Below, piece by piece: positions 45,281 through 53,116 of a stretch of 59,373 nt of DNA (positions are counted from its first letter, which is position 1; every line of letters begins with the position of its first letter). Position numbers and translations under genes: made by a program. The notes under the pieces were generated by a model that had not been told where the DNA came from, made no database searches, and saw nothing but the letters and a program-made list of their open reading frames with translations. This stretch comes from an uncultured Gammaproteobacteria bacterium (GTDB taxonomy: Bacteria; Patescibacteriota; Patescibacteriia; Patescibacteriales; UBA12465), in contig CAZZBQ010000001.1 of NCBI GenBank assembly GCA_964652745.1, positions 16,029 through 75,401 on the forward strand, in the 5' to 3' direction.

Positions 45281-46477
45281 ATGGCTGAAGTAAAACCAGA
45301 AATAGAGACCTTCGCTAAGATTAAAGTGGTTGGCGTTGGTGGCGGCGGTAATTCCGCCCTGAATCGTATGATAGACAGTGGCGTTAAAGGCGTTGGTTTT
45401 GTGGCTGTTAATACTGATATTCAGGCTTTACATCATAATAAAGCTGGAGAAAAAATCCATATCGGTAAAGCGGTTACTCGCGGCTTAGGGGCTGGTATGA
45501 ACCCAGACCTAGGTAAAGCGGCTGCCGAAGAAACCGAGAATGAATTGAAAGAATGCCTTAAGGGTTGTGATATGGTTTTCGTCACCTGTGGGTTGGGTGG
45601 TGGCACCGGTACTGGTGCTTCGCCAATTGTTGCCAAAATTGCTAAAGAACTGGGAGCTTTAACTGTGGCTGTTGTTACTAAACCTTTTATGTTCGAAGGT
45701 GGACAGCGTAAGAATGTGGCCGATCGCGGTTTTGCTGAGCTAGCTGATAAGGTTGATGCAATTATTACTATTTCTAATGATAAGTTATTGCAAGTTATTG
45801 ATAAAAAAACCTCACTTCTTGAGGCTTTTAAGATTGCCGATGATGTATTGCGCCAGGGAGTACAAGGCATCGCTGAAATTATCACCGTCCCTGGCATTAT
45901 TAATGCTGACTTTGCCGACGTTAAGACAGTTATGTCTAATGCTGGATCGGCTCTGATGGGCATTGGCGTGGCTTCAGGTGAGAATAAAGCAGTTGAGGCA
46001 GCTAAGCAGGCAATTAACTCTAATTTGCTTGATATGTCCATTGATGGGGCTAGGGGCATCGTCTTTACGGTTACTGGTGGTCCAGAATTAAGCATGTCCG
46101 AAGTTAATGAAGCGGCTAAGATTATTACTGCGGCCGCTGATGAAGAGGCTAAGATTATTTTTGGTGCCGTAATTGATGAAAAACTAAAAGATCAGATTAA
46201 GATCACGGTTGTTGCAACTGGTTTTGATAGCCGTAACCAGAATAAAAAAGCAGAAACAGTAAAGCCAGCCTATACTCCAAATTCATTTATTGCTGAAAAA
46301 GAAACCGAAAAAGAAGATTTAGCACGTGAAGATAGAAATAAAACTAAGTTTTCTTCAGTTTTTAAGAATTTACCAGTTAAGCCAGCGGTGGAAAACCGCA
46401 AGGCCGATCAAAGTTTGCCTAGCGATGAGGATGATGATTTAAGCGTCCCCGCTTTTATTAGAAAGAAAATGGGGTAA
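45281..46477 (+). CDS. ftsZ: Cell division GTPase FtsZ
   Basis: KVVGVGGGGNSALNRM, the tubulin signature GLGGGTGTGASP, NTDIQAL, and the C-terminal peptide DDLSVPAFIRKK. Confidence 0.98.
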   Translation: MAEVKPEIETFAKIKVVGVGGGGNSALNRMIDSGVKGVGFVAVNTDIQALHHNKAGEKIHIGKAVTRGLGAGMNPDLGKAAAEETENELKECLKGCDMVFVTCGLGGGTGTGASPIVAKIAKELGALTVAVVTKPFMFEGGQRKNVADRGFAELADKVDAIITISNDKLLQVIDKKTSLLEAFKIADDVLRQGVQGIAEIITVPGIINADFADVKTVMSNAGSALMGIGVASGENKAVEAAKQAINSNLLDMSIDGARGIVFTVTGGPELSMSEVNEAAKIITAAADEEAKIIFGAVIDEKLKDQIKITVVATGFDSRNQNKKAETVKPAYTPNSFIAEKETEKEDLAREDRNKTKFSSVFKNLPVKPAVENRKADQSLPSDEDDDLSVPAFIRKKMG

Positions 46478-46528
46478 AATTCATCAGAATTAAGTTTAAA
46501 GAATAGTAATTTAAACTATTGATTTTCT

Positions 46529-46556
46529 ACCACCCCACTTTGGGGTGGTTTTTTGT
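46529..46556 (+). terminator. Rho-independent terminator after ftsZ
   Basis: ACCACCCC / GGGGTGGT stem with a short loop, then TTTTTTGTTTTTT. Confidence 0.85.
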
Positions 46557-46565
46557 TTTTTAAGT

Positions 46566-46585
46566 ATTGTGGATAAGTTCACAAT
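46566..46585. promoter_or_regulatory. 20-bp palindrome ATTGTG-N8-CACAAT (core TGTGG-N6-TCACA), candidate CRP/FNR-family operator upstream of the nrd promoter
   Basis: 6-bp perfect arms. The core matches the CRP-type consensus TGTGA-N6-TCACA at 9 of 10 positions. Its centre is about 75 nt upstream of the predicted nrd transcription start. Confidence 0.3.
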
Positions 46586-46615
46586 TTGCTTATAATTATC
46601 TTAAAACTAGCTGAA

Positions 46616-46644
46616 TTGACCCATATCTAAAGATTTGTTAAAAT
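46616..46644 (+). promoter_or_regulatory. Promoter of the nrdR-nrdD operon
   Basis: TTGACC (46616-46621), 17-bp spacer, extended -10 TGtTAAAAT (46636-46644). Confidence 0.65.
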
Positions 46645-46652
46645 AGACTTAG

Positions 46653-46668
46653 ACACAATATTTAGTGG
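46653..46668. promoter_or_regulatory. NrdR box 1
   Basis: ACACAATATTTAGTGG matches the published NrdR-box consensus acaCwAtATaTwGtgt at about 14 of 16 positions. It starts 9 nt after the -10, so it overlaps the predicted start site. Confidence 0.6.
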
Positions 46669-46685
46669 CCAATTAAGATAAGAGT

Positions 46686-46698
46686 CCACAAAATGTGG
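46686..46698. promoter_or_regulatory. NrdR box 2 (weaker)
   Basis: CCACAAAATGTGG is a palindrome whose centre is about 31.5 bp from the centre of box 1, the spacing expected for tandem NrdR boxes. Only about 11 of 16 positions match the consensus. Confidence 0.45.
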
Positions 46699-46724
46699 TT
46701 TTTCCTAGGAATATTAAATAATTT

Positions 46725-47186
46725 ATGAAGTGTCCAATCTGTTATTACCCCGATACTAAGGTGGTCGATTCGCGTGTTGCCACTGATGGTTTATCTATTC
46801 GCCGCCGTCGCGAGTGTTTAAAATGCTCTTTTCGCTTCTCAACTTATGAAGAAATTGAATTATTAGATCTCGTAATAGTAAAAAGGGACGGTCGTCGTGA
46901 ATCTTACAGTCGTGAAAAGTTGATTAGCGGCTTAAAGAAGTCTTGTGAGAAGCGCCCAATTACTGAAGATAGATTCCGTCGCTTAGTAAATGCTATCGAA
47001 CGTGATTTACAGCGTTTAAAAAAAACAGAAATAACTTCTCGCCAGATTGGCCAAGCAGTTATGAAAAATTTGAAGAAGTTAGACATGATTGCCTATATCC
47101 GTTATGCCTCGGTTTATGAATCATTCAAGGATGCTCAAGAATTTAGGAAAGAGCTTAATAAACTGATTAGTGAAAAAAATAAATAA
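46725..47186 (+). CDS. nrdR: Transcriptional repressor NrdR
   Basis: MKCPICYYPDTKVVDSRVATDGLSIRRRRECLKCSFRFSTYE is the zinc ribbon, followed by an ATP-cone. Confidence 0.96.
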   Translation: MKCPICYYPDTKVVDSRVATDGLSIRRRRECLKCSFRFSTYEEIELLDLVIVKRDGRRESYSREKLISGLKKSCEKRPITEDRFRRLVNAIERDLQRLKKTEITSRQIGQAVMKNLKKLDMIAYIRYASVYESFKDAQEFRKELNKLISEKNK

Positions 47187-47200
47187 TTTAAAAGACACCT

Positions 47201-49255
47201 ATGTCCGAAACCATTAGCAAGATAATTAAGAGATCTGGCGATATCGTCGATTTCAACCAAGACAAAATTGCTCGTGCTATCTATAAGGCTGCTGAAGCAG
47301 CCGGAATAGATGATAAACACTTAGCTAAAAAGCTAACTGATCAGGTAGTAATGGCAATTAATAAGAAGTTCCACAAGAATAGTATTCCTGCCGTTGAAGA
47401 AGTACAGGATATTGTTGAAGAGGTGTTAATTGAAAATGGACAAGTTAAAACTGCTAAGGCCTACATTCTTTATCGCGACCAGCACCGACAATTAAGAGAT
47501 ATTAGTTCGGCTACAGCTGATGAGAAGCTGATGGAAGATTATTTAGGTAAGGCTGATTGGCGCTTAAAAGAGAATAGCAACATGAGTTTTTCTGTTCAGG
47601 GCCTGAATAACTACATTGCCTCTGCTATCTCGGCTCGTTACTGGCTTAATAAGCTGTATCCGGAAAATATTCGTAAGGCCCATGTTGACGGTGATATACA
47701 TATTCATGATCTTGGTCTGCTTGCTCCTTACTGCTGTGGCTGGGATTTAAAAGATATTTTAGTAAGAGGTTTTAGGGGGGTTAGTGAGAAGGTCCAGAGT
47801 AACCCACCTAAGCATTTTAGAAGCGCCTTGGGTCAGATTATTAATTTCTTTTATACTCTTCAGGGTGAGGCTGCTGGAGCCCAGGCTTTCGCTAATTTTG
47901 ATACTTACCTTGCCCCATTTATCCGCTATGATGGTTTGGATTATAAAGAAGTTAAGCAAGGCTTACAGGAGTTTATGTTTAACATCAATGTGCCGACTAG
48001 AGTAGGTTTTCAAACTCCTTTCACAAACGTTACATTAGATGTTACTCCATCTCCGATGATTGGCGAAGAGAGTGTTATTATCGGCGGCCAAATTATGCCA
48101 GAGAAATATAAGGACTTTCAGAAGGAGATGGATATGTTTAATCAAGCCTTTGCTGAAGTTATGCTTGAGGGCGACTCCACGGGACGCGTGTTTGGTTTCC
48201 CAATTCCAACCTATTGTATTGATAAAGAATTTGACTGGAATCGTGAAAGCTTAAAACCAGCTTGGGAGATGACGGCTAAATATGGTATTCCTTACTTTTC
48301 TAACTTTGTAAATTCTGACATGAATCGCGATGATGCACGTTCAATGTGCTGTCGCCTAAGATTAGATAACCGAGAATTGCGCAAGCGCGGCGGTGGACTA
48401 TTTGGCGCTAATCCAATGACCGGTTCTTTAGGCGTGGTTACAATTAATTTGGCAAGATTGGGTTATTTATCTAAAAGTGCTGATGAATTTAAAAATAGAC
48501 TAGTTGCTTTAATGGAAATAGCGAAGGAAAGTCTAGAAATTAAACGTAAGGTTATTGACCAATTTACTGAAGATCGTCTGTACCCTTACTCAATGTATTA
48601 TCTAGAAAGCATTAAAGAGAGATTTGGTTCTTATTGGCGCAACCATTTTTCCACTATTGGCATTAATGGAATGAATGAAGCAGTTTTAAATTTAATGGGT
48701 AAAGATATCACTACTCCCGAGGGTCACGCCTTTGCTGCAGAAATTTTAGATTTTATGCGGGAAAAATTAATGGATTTTCAGAATGAGACCAATAATCTTT
48801 ATAATTTAGAAGCTACTCCGGGCGAAGGTGCAACTTATCGCTTTGCCAAAAAAGATCAACAGATGTACCCGGGTATAATTTGTGCTAATACAGAGGCGGT
48901 TAAAGAGAGGGGTGCAGATCCTTATTATACTAATTCTTCTCACTTACATGTAAATTACACTGATGATATTTTTTCTGCTTTGGATTTACAGGATGATTTA
49001 CAAACCAGATATACTGGCGGCACGGTACTCCATGGTTACTTAGGGGAAAAATTGCCAGACGGTGAATCAGCTAAAAAGTTAGTGAAAAGTATTGTTGAAA
49101 ATTATCGTTTACCGTATTTTACGATTACACCAACCTTTTCTATTTGTCCTAAGCACGGTTATTTATCAGGTGAGCATAAATACTGCCCAAAATGTGACGA
49201 GGAAATAGGTTATAAGGATACTGTTGAGGAAATCAGAGAAGCTAACCAAAATTAA
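47201..49255 (+). CDS. nrdD: Anaerobic (class III) ribonucleoside-triphosphate reductase, large polypeptide lacking the glycyl-radical segment
   Basis: N-terminal ATP-cone, NrdD core (e.g. CCRLRLD, RYTGGTVLHGYLGE) and Zn site CPKHG...CPKC. The ORF then stops 19 aa later with no RVxG(Y/W) glycyl-radical motif. Confidence 0.93.
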   Translation: MSETISKIIKRSGDIVDFNQDKIARAIYKAAEAAGIDDKHLAKKLTDQVVMAINKKFHKNSIPAVEEVQDIVEEVLIENGQVKTAKAYILYRDQHRQLRDISSATADEKLMEDYLGKADWRLKENSNMSFSVQGLNNYIASAISARYWLNKLYPENIRKAHVDGDIHIHDLGLLAPYCCGWDLKDILVRGFRGVSEKVQSNPPKHFRSALGQIINFFYTLQGEAAGAQAFANFDTYLAPFIRYDGLDYKEVKQGLQEFMFNINVPTRVGFQTPFTNVTLDVTPSPMIGEESVIIGGQIMPEKYKDFQKEMDMFNQAFAEVMLEGDSTGRVFGFPIPTYCIDKEFDWNRESLKPAWEMTAKYGIPYFSNFVNSDMNRDDARSMCCRLRLDNRELRKRGGGLFGANPMTGSLGVVTINLARLGYLSKSADEFKNRLVALMEIAKESLEIKRKVIDQFTEDRLYPYSMYYLESIKERFGSYWRNHFSTIGINGMNEAVLNLMGKDITTPEGHAFAAEILDFMREKLMDFQNETNNLYNLEATPGEGATYRFAKKDQQMYPGIICANTEAVKERGADPYYTNSSHLHVNYTDDIFSALDLQDDLQTRYTGGTVLHGYLGEKLPDGESAKKLVKSIVENYRLPYFTITPTFSICPKHGYLSGEHKYCPKCDEEIGYKDTVEEIREANQN

Positions 49256-49287
49256 TATTTTATAATTTCGTTGGTTAATATTACAAG

Positions 49288-49316
49288 TTGTAATTTTGCA
49301 ATATTTAATTTATAAT
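49288..49316 (+). promoter_or_regulatory. Candidate internal promoter for the glycyl-radical mini-cistron and nrdG
   Basis: TTGTAA (49288-49293), 17-bp spacer, TATAAT (49311-49316), inside the 117-nt AT-rich spacer after the nrdD stop. Confidence 0.5.
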
Positions 49317-49330
49317 TTATATAGCTATCT

Positions 49331-49357
49331 CTTGAAATGTTGTTTTAACATTTCAGG
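49331..49357 (+). promoter_or_regulatory. 5' UTR hairpin abutting the SD of the mini-cistron
   Basis: 11-bp stem CTTGAAATGTT / AACATTTCAGG (one G-U pair) with loop GTTTT. The 3' arm overlaps the first two G of GGGAGG (49356-49361). No T-run follows, so it is not a canonical terminator. Confidence 0.5.
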
Positions 49358-49372
49358 GAGGCAAATAAGAAT

Positions 49373-49513
49373 ATGAGTCCCATCCAGACCCAAAGACAAG
49401 AATGTATCGTTTACAGCCGTGTTGTTGGTTGGTTGACACCAGTGAAGAATTATAATCCTGGTAAAGCTTCAGAATATAAGGATCGTAAAACATTTAAGGT
49501 CTGCAATGATTAA
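49373..49513 (+). CDS. 46-aa glycyl-radical segment of NrdD encoded as a separate cistron
   Basis: MSPIQTQRQECIVYSRVVGWLTPVKNYNPGKASEYKDRKTFKVCND carries the NrdD C-terminal signature (YSRVVGW..PV..(W/Y)NxGK..E(F/Y)..R). SD GGGAGG lies 11 nt upstream. It is in the same frame as nrdD but separated by 4 stops. It is below the ORF-track size cutoff. Confidence 0.8.
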   Translation: MSPIQTQRQECIVYSRVVGWLTPVKNYNPGKASEYKDRKTFKVCND

Positions 49514-49528
49514 TTAACGGGAGAACCT

Positions 49529-50254
49529 ATGATAATCGGTGGTTTAGAAAAATTGTCTTTATTAGACTACCCCGATCATCTCGCCGCTATCGTCTTTACC
49601 CAAGGTTGCAACTTTCGTTGCCACTTCTGCTACAACCCAATGCTTGTCCTGCCCCGAAAGGGAGAGGATAAAAAAAATAATAAAGAAAAAGGTTTTTCTC
49701 CGCTTTCCACTGAAGACCTTTTTCTTTTTTTAAGGGAAAGACATGGCCGTTTAGATGGCGTGGTAATAACTGGCGGGGAGCCGACGCTCCATGAAGATTT
49801 GCCAGATTTCATTAAGCAGATTAAAGCAATCGGCTATGATGTTAAGTTAGATACAAACGGCACCAATCCTAAGATGCTAAGTGTTTTGTTAGAAGCGGGC
49901 TTATTGGATTATATTGCTATGGATTTAAAGGCGCCTGAACATAAATATGAGGAAACGGTAGGCGTAAAAACTGACTACAATAATCTTAAAAAAAGTGTTA
50001 AGATGATAATTAAGAGCGGTTTGCCGCATGAATTTAGAACAACAGTTGTGCCTGGTTTGTTGGAAAAAGAGGATTTTAAAACTATGGGCGAGTCTATTAA
50101 AGGCGCGCAGAAATGGTATTTACAAACCTTTAAATCAGATACTGATTTAGTTGATATGGAATACTATAGACAAAGGCCTTATACTAGCCAAGAGATGAAA
50201 GAGTTGGCCGAGGTTGGCAAGAAGGCGGCCGGTGTTTGCGAAGTGAGATCTTAA
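49529..50254 (+). CDS. nrdG: Anaerobic ribonucleotide reductase activating protein (radical SAM)
   Basis: CNFRCHFCYNP (CxxxCxxC), VVITGGEPTL and KLDTNGTNP. SD GGGAGA lies 4 nt upstream. Confidence 0.92.
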   Translation: MIIGGLEKLSLLDYPDHLAAIVFTQGCNFRCHFCYNPMLVLPRKGEDKKNNKEKGFSPLSTEDLFLFLRERHGRLDGVVITGGEPTLHEDLPDFIKQIKAIGYDVKLDTNGTNPKMLSVLLEAGLLDYIAMDLKAPEHKYEETVGVKTDYNNLKKSVKMIIKSGLPHEFRTTVVPGLLEKEDFKTMGESIKGAQKWYLQTFKSDTDLVDMEYYRQRPYTSQEMKELAEVGKKAAGVCEVRS

Positions 50255-50265
50255 TTTTTGAATAT

Positions 50266-50616
50266 ATGCTAAAAAGAAGCGAAGAAGTTGGCAGTACTGA
50301 ACAAATGGATAGCCAAGTTGGAAGAGATGTGCGCCAATCAGTTTTAAGTACGACTGAGGCAATGCTGGTCATCATGAAGAATCAGGAAGCGATGACCAAG
50401 GAAATTTTAAAATCCGTTCGCTTTATTAAAAGTTATTATTTCTGGAAATCAGCTTTTAGTATTTTAAAATACCTTGTAATAGCTGGTATTGTGATTCTAG
50501 GCATTGTTTCTTGGGATAGCATTATGGACTTTATTAATACTGGAATGAATAGTTACATTAGCACAAAAATTCCTAGTAATATTGACGCGGCAACTATAAA
50601 TACGTTTCTTAGATAA
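50266..50616 (+). CDS. Hypothetical single-pass membrane protein
   Basis: Trimmed to ATG 50266 (MLKRSEEV). One TM (ILKYLVIAGIVILGIVSW). No family recognised. Confidence 0.55.
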   Translation: MLKRSEEVGSTEQMDSQVGRDVRQSVLSTTEAMLVIMKNQEAMTKEILKSVRFIKSYYFWKSAFSILKYLVIAGIVILGIVSWDSIMDFINTGMNSYISTKIPSNIDAATINTFLR

Positions 50617-50627
50617 TTATTAGTTTT

Positions 50628-52520
50628 ATGGCTGAAAGTATAACCGTTTTTGCCCAAACGAATTATCGTAATGAACTGAAGAAGTTCGGAATTAAGACTG
50701 ACGACCGCCGCCGCCATATGTATTTGATTGGAAAAACTGGTATGGGCAAGTCAACAGTCCTTGAGAACATGATTGTTGACGATATTAGAGCCGGTTACGG
50801 AGTAGCCGTTGTCGATCCGCATGGTGATTTAGCAGAAAAAATTATTGAATATATTCCAACTAATCGCGTGAAGGATGTGGTTTATTTTAATCCCTCAGAT
50901 ATTAATCATCCGATCGCTTTTAATGTCGTAGAGCAAGTTGAATCTCATTTGAGCCATTTAGTCGCTTCAGGTTTAATTGGTGTTTTTCAGAAATTATGGG
51001 CCGATTCTTGGGGGCCTCGTTTGGAATACATTTTACGTAATGCGATTTTAGCAATTTTAGATTTTCCCGGCTCAACCTTGCTCGGCGTTGTTCGTATGCT
51101 GTCTGATAAAGGTTACCGTAAGCGCGTTACTGCTAATATTAAAGACCCGGTTGTTAAAGCTTTCTGGGAGAAAGAGTTTTCTGGTTATGCTGATAAGTTT
51201 GCTTCCGAAGCAGTTTCTCCTATTCAAAATAAAGTTGGTCAGTTCTTATCAAGTTCATTGATGCGTAATATTATTGGCCAGGTTAAATCGGCTATTGATA
51301 TTCGCGATATCATGGATAATGGCAAGATTTTAATTATGAATCTTTCCAAGGGAAGAATTGGCGAAGATAATTCTGCTTTGTTAGGCGCGATGATGATTAC
51401 CAAAATTCAGTTAGCAGCCATGAGCCGCGTTGATTTGCCGGAAAATGACAGGCGTGATTTTTATTTGTATATTGATGAATTTCAAAATTTCTCTACTGAT
51501 AGTTTTGCTAATATTTTATCAGAAGCCAGAAAATATCGTTTAAATTTAATTTTAGCTCATCAGTATATTGAACAATTAACAGAAAAAGTTAAGCCAGCCG
51601 TTTTTGGTAATGTTGGCACATTGGTTGTTTTCCGAGTTGGCGCCGCTGATGCTGAGGAATTAGTTAAAGAATTTACTCCAACTTTTACTGAAGAAGATAT
51701 TGTTAATCTACCTAAGTATGAAATGTATCTAAAACTAATGATTGATGGCGTTGCTTCTTCACCGTTTTCCGCGCTTGGTTTACCGCCTTTACGTGCCGAT
51801 GAAAAAACAAATAATACAGAGAAGGTAATTGAATATTCTCGGGAGAAGTATGCAACCCCACGAGAGCTAGTTGAAGAGCGCATTATGCGGTGGCATGATA
51901 GTTATGGTGAAGATGAAAGAAAAAAATCTCCAGCGGCTGAATATGCTCAACCCAACGCGCAACCGCCCTATCAACAAAAAGTTTATCGCCCGCCAGTTAA
52001 TCAGGCGCCAGTGAAAACTACTGCACCAGTTGTTCTTCCAGTGGTCCCAGTTACTCCTGTTTTAGCAAAATCTAGTCTTCCTGCGGATAATTATCAAGTT
52101 AATAGTTCTGGTTATGATGCGATTTGTTCTGGCTGTGGTGCGCATACTAAAACTGTTTTTGTCCCTGATGGAATTCGTCCGGTATATTGCCGTGATTGTT
52201 TAAGCAAGAAAAAAGAAGAAAAACGCATTGAAGCGGAAATGAGAAAACAGGCCAAGGAAATTGAACGTAAGCGGCTAGTAGAAATTACTGCCGAAGAAAC
52301 AATGGTCAAGAATTCATCGCCTGCTTTATCTTTATCAGATTTAAGTAAGTTGGCGCCGGTTGATTTTCGGGGCAGAACTATAAAAAACAAACTAACTCCG
52401 CGGCTGCAAGTCAGTCCTGAGCTGAGTAAAACACAGAAGACTGCCCCAGTTAATAATATTAATGCTGTTTCGGCCGCTAAAGAACAAAATCTTGACGAGA
52501 ATGAGGATATTTTTCTTTGA
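50628..52520 (+). CDS. Soluble VirD4/TraD/HerA-superfamily P-loop ATPase with Pro/Gln-rich linker and C-terminal CxxC...CxxC zinc ribbon
   Basis: Walker A GKTGMGKST and Walker B FYLYIDEFQNF with no N-terminal TM. C-terminus CSGCGAHTKTVFVPDGIRPVYCRDC is followed by a Lys/Glu-rich tail. Confidence 0.8.
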   Translation: MAESITVFAQTNYRNELKKFGIKTDDRRRHMYLIGKTGMGKSTVLENMIVDDIRAGYGVAVVDPHGDLAEKIIEYIPTNRVKDVVYFNPSDINHPIAFNVVEQVESHLSHLVASGLIGVFQKLWADSWGPRLEYILRNAILAILDFPGSTLLGVVRMLSDKGYRKRVTANIKDPVVKAFWEKEFSGYADKFASEAVSPIQNKVGQFLSSSLMRNIIGQVKSAIDIRDIMDNGKILIMNLSKGRIGEDNSALLGAMMITKIQLAAMSRVDLPENDRRDFYLYIDEFQNFSTDSFANILSEARKYRLNLILAHQYIEQLTEKVKPAVFGNVGTLVVFRVGAADAEELVKEFTPTFTEEDIVNLPKYEMYLKLMIDGVASSPFSALGLPPLRADEKTNNTEKVIEYSREKYATPRELVEERIMRWHDSYGEDERKKSPAAEYAQPNAQPPYQQKVYRPPVNQAPVKTTAPVVLPVVPVTPVLAKSSLPADNYQVNSSGYDAICSGCGAHTKTVFVPDGIRPVYCRDCLSKKKEEKRIEAEMRKQAKEIERKRLVEITAEETMVKNSSPALSLSDLSKLAPVDFRGRTIKNKLTPRLQVSPELSKTQKTAPVNNINAVSAAKEQNLDENEDIFL

Positions 52521-52536
52521 GCGCCAATATTAAAAT

Positions 52537-53109
52537 ATGTATTTATTTTTTGACACTGAAACAACCGGATTGCCTAAAAATTATCAAGCGCCACTTGATG
52601 ATTTTTCTAATTGGCCACGGATTGTTCAAATTGCTTGGAGTCTATATGATTTTCATGGCAATCATTGGGACAGCCATAGTTTTATTATTAAACCAGATGG
52701 TTTTGTAATTTCTGATGAAGTCGCTAAAATTCATCGTATTACTCAAGAAAGAGCCGAGAAAGAAGGTGTTCCGCTAAAAGAAGCGATTGATAAATTTTTA
52801 GAAGATGTTCGACATTCGACTTATTTAGTTGCGCATAATATTGATTTTGACGAAAAAATTGTTGGAGCAGAATTGATGCGACTGAAATTAGACAATCCAA
52901 TTTTGTTGGCTAATAAAATTTGCACAATGAAGCGTACGGTTGATGTCTGTCGTTTGCCTAATGGGCGCGGCGGTTATAAATGGCCTAATTTGACCCAGCT
53001 TTATGTTTTTCTTTTTCAGACGGCCTTCCCAGAAGCACACGATGCAGCCTTTGATGTCAAGGCTTGCGCTGATTGTTTTTTTGAGCTAAAAAGAAGGAGC
53101 TTAATATAA
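52537..53109 (+). CDS. DEDDh 3'-5' exonuclease (DnaQ/epsilon-like, stand-alone)
   Basis: Exo I FFDTETTG, Exo II VAHNIDFDEK, Exo III EAHDAAFDV. Confidence 0.88.
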   Translation: MYLFFDTETTGLPKNYQAPLDDFSNWPRIVQIAWSLYDFHGNHWDSHSFIIKPDGFVISDEVAKIHRITQERAEKEGVPLKEAIDKFLEDVRHSTYLVAHNIDFDEKIVGAELMRLKLDNPILLANKICTMKRTVDVCRLPNGRGGYKWPNLTQLYVFLFQTAFPEAHDAAFDVKACADCFFELKRRSLI

Positions 53110-53116
53110 AAGCTAT

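Noticed and set aside
44665-46095. Long antisense ORFs inside ftsA (44665..45252, 195 aa) and ftsZ (45433..46095, 220 aa)
   Set aside because: They are shadow frames opposite very well supported genes. Their products are low-complexity Ser/Pro/Ala-rich with no motif. The same reasoning applies to 1135..1338, 4439..4741, 5174..5611, 18277..18603, 20890..21117, 23536..23799, 35756..36034, 36616..36909, 51560..51883 and 52112..52564.
46568-46576. Perfect DnaA box (TGTGGATAA, which is TTATCCACA on the minus strand), suggesting a replication origin
   Set aside because: It is a single copy with no cluster of boxes, no AT-rich unwinding element pattern and no dnaA or dnaN nearby. One perfect 9-mer in about 119 kb of two-strand sequence is near chance expectation. 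The sequence is better explained as half of the 20-bp palindrome at 46566-46585.
49280-49294. Perfect 15-bp palindrome ATTACAAGTTGTAAT overlapping the -35 of the internal nrd promoter
   Set aside because: With this base composition I estimate several such 7+1+7 palindromes by chance in a window this size. It is mentioned only as context for the split-nrdD finding.
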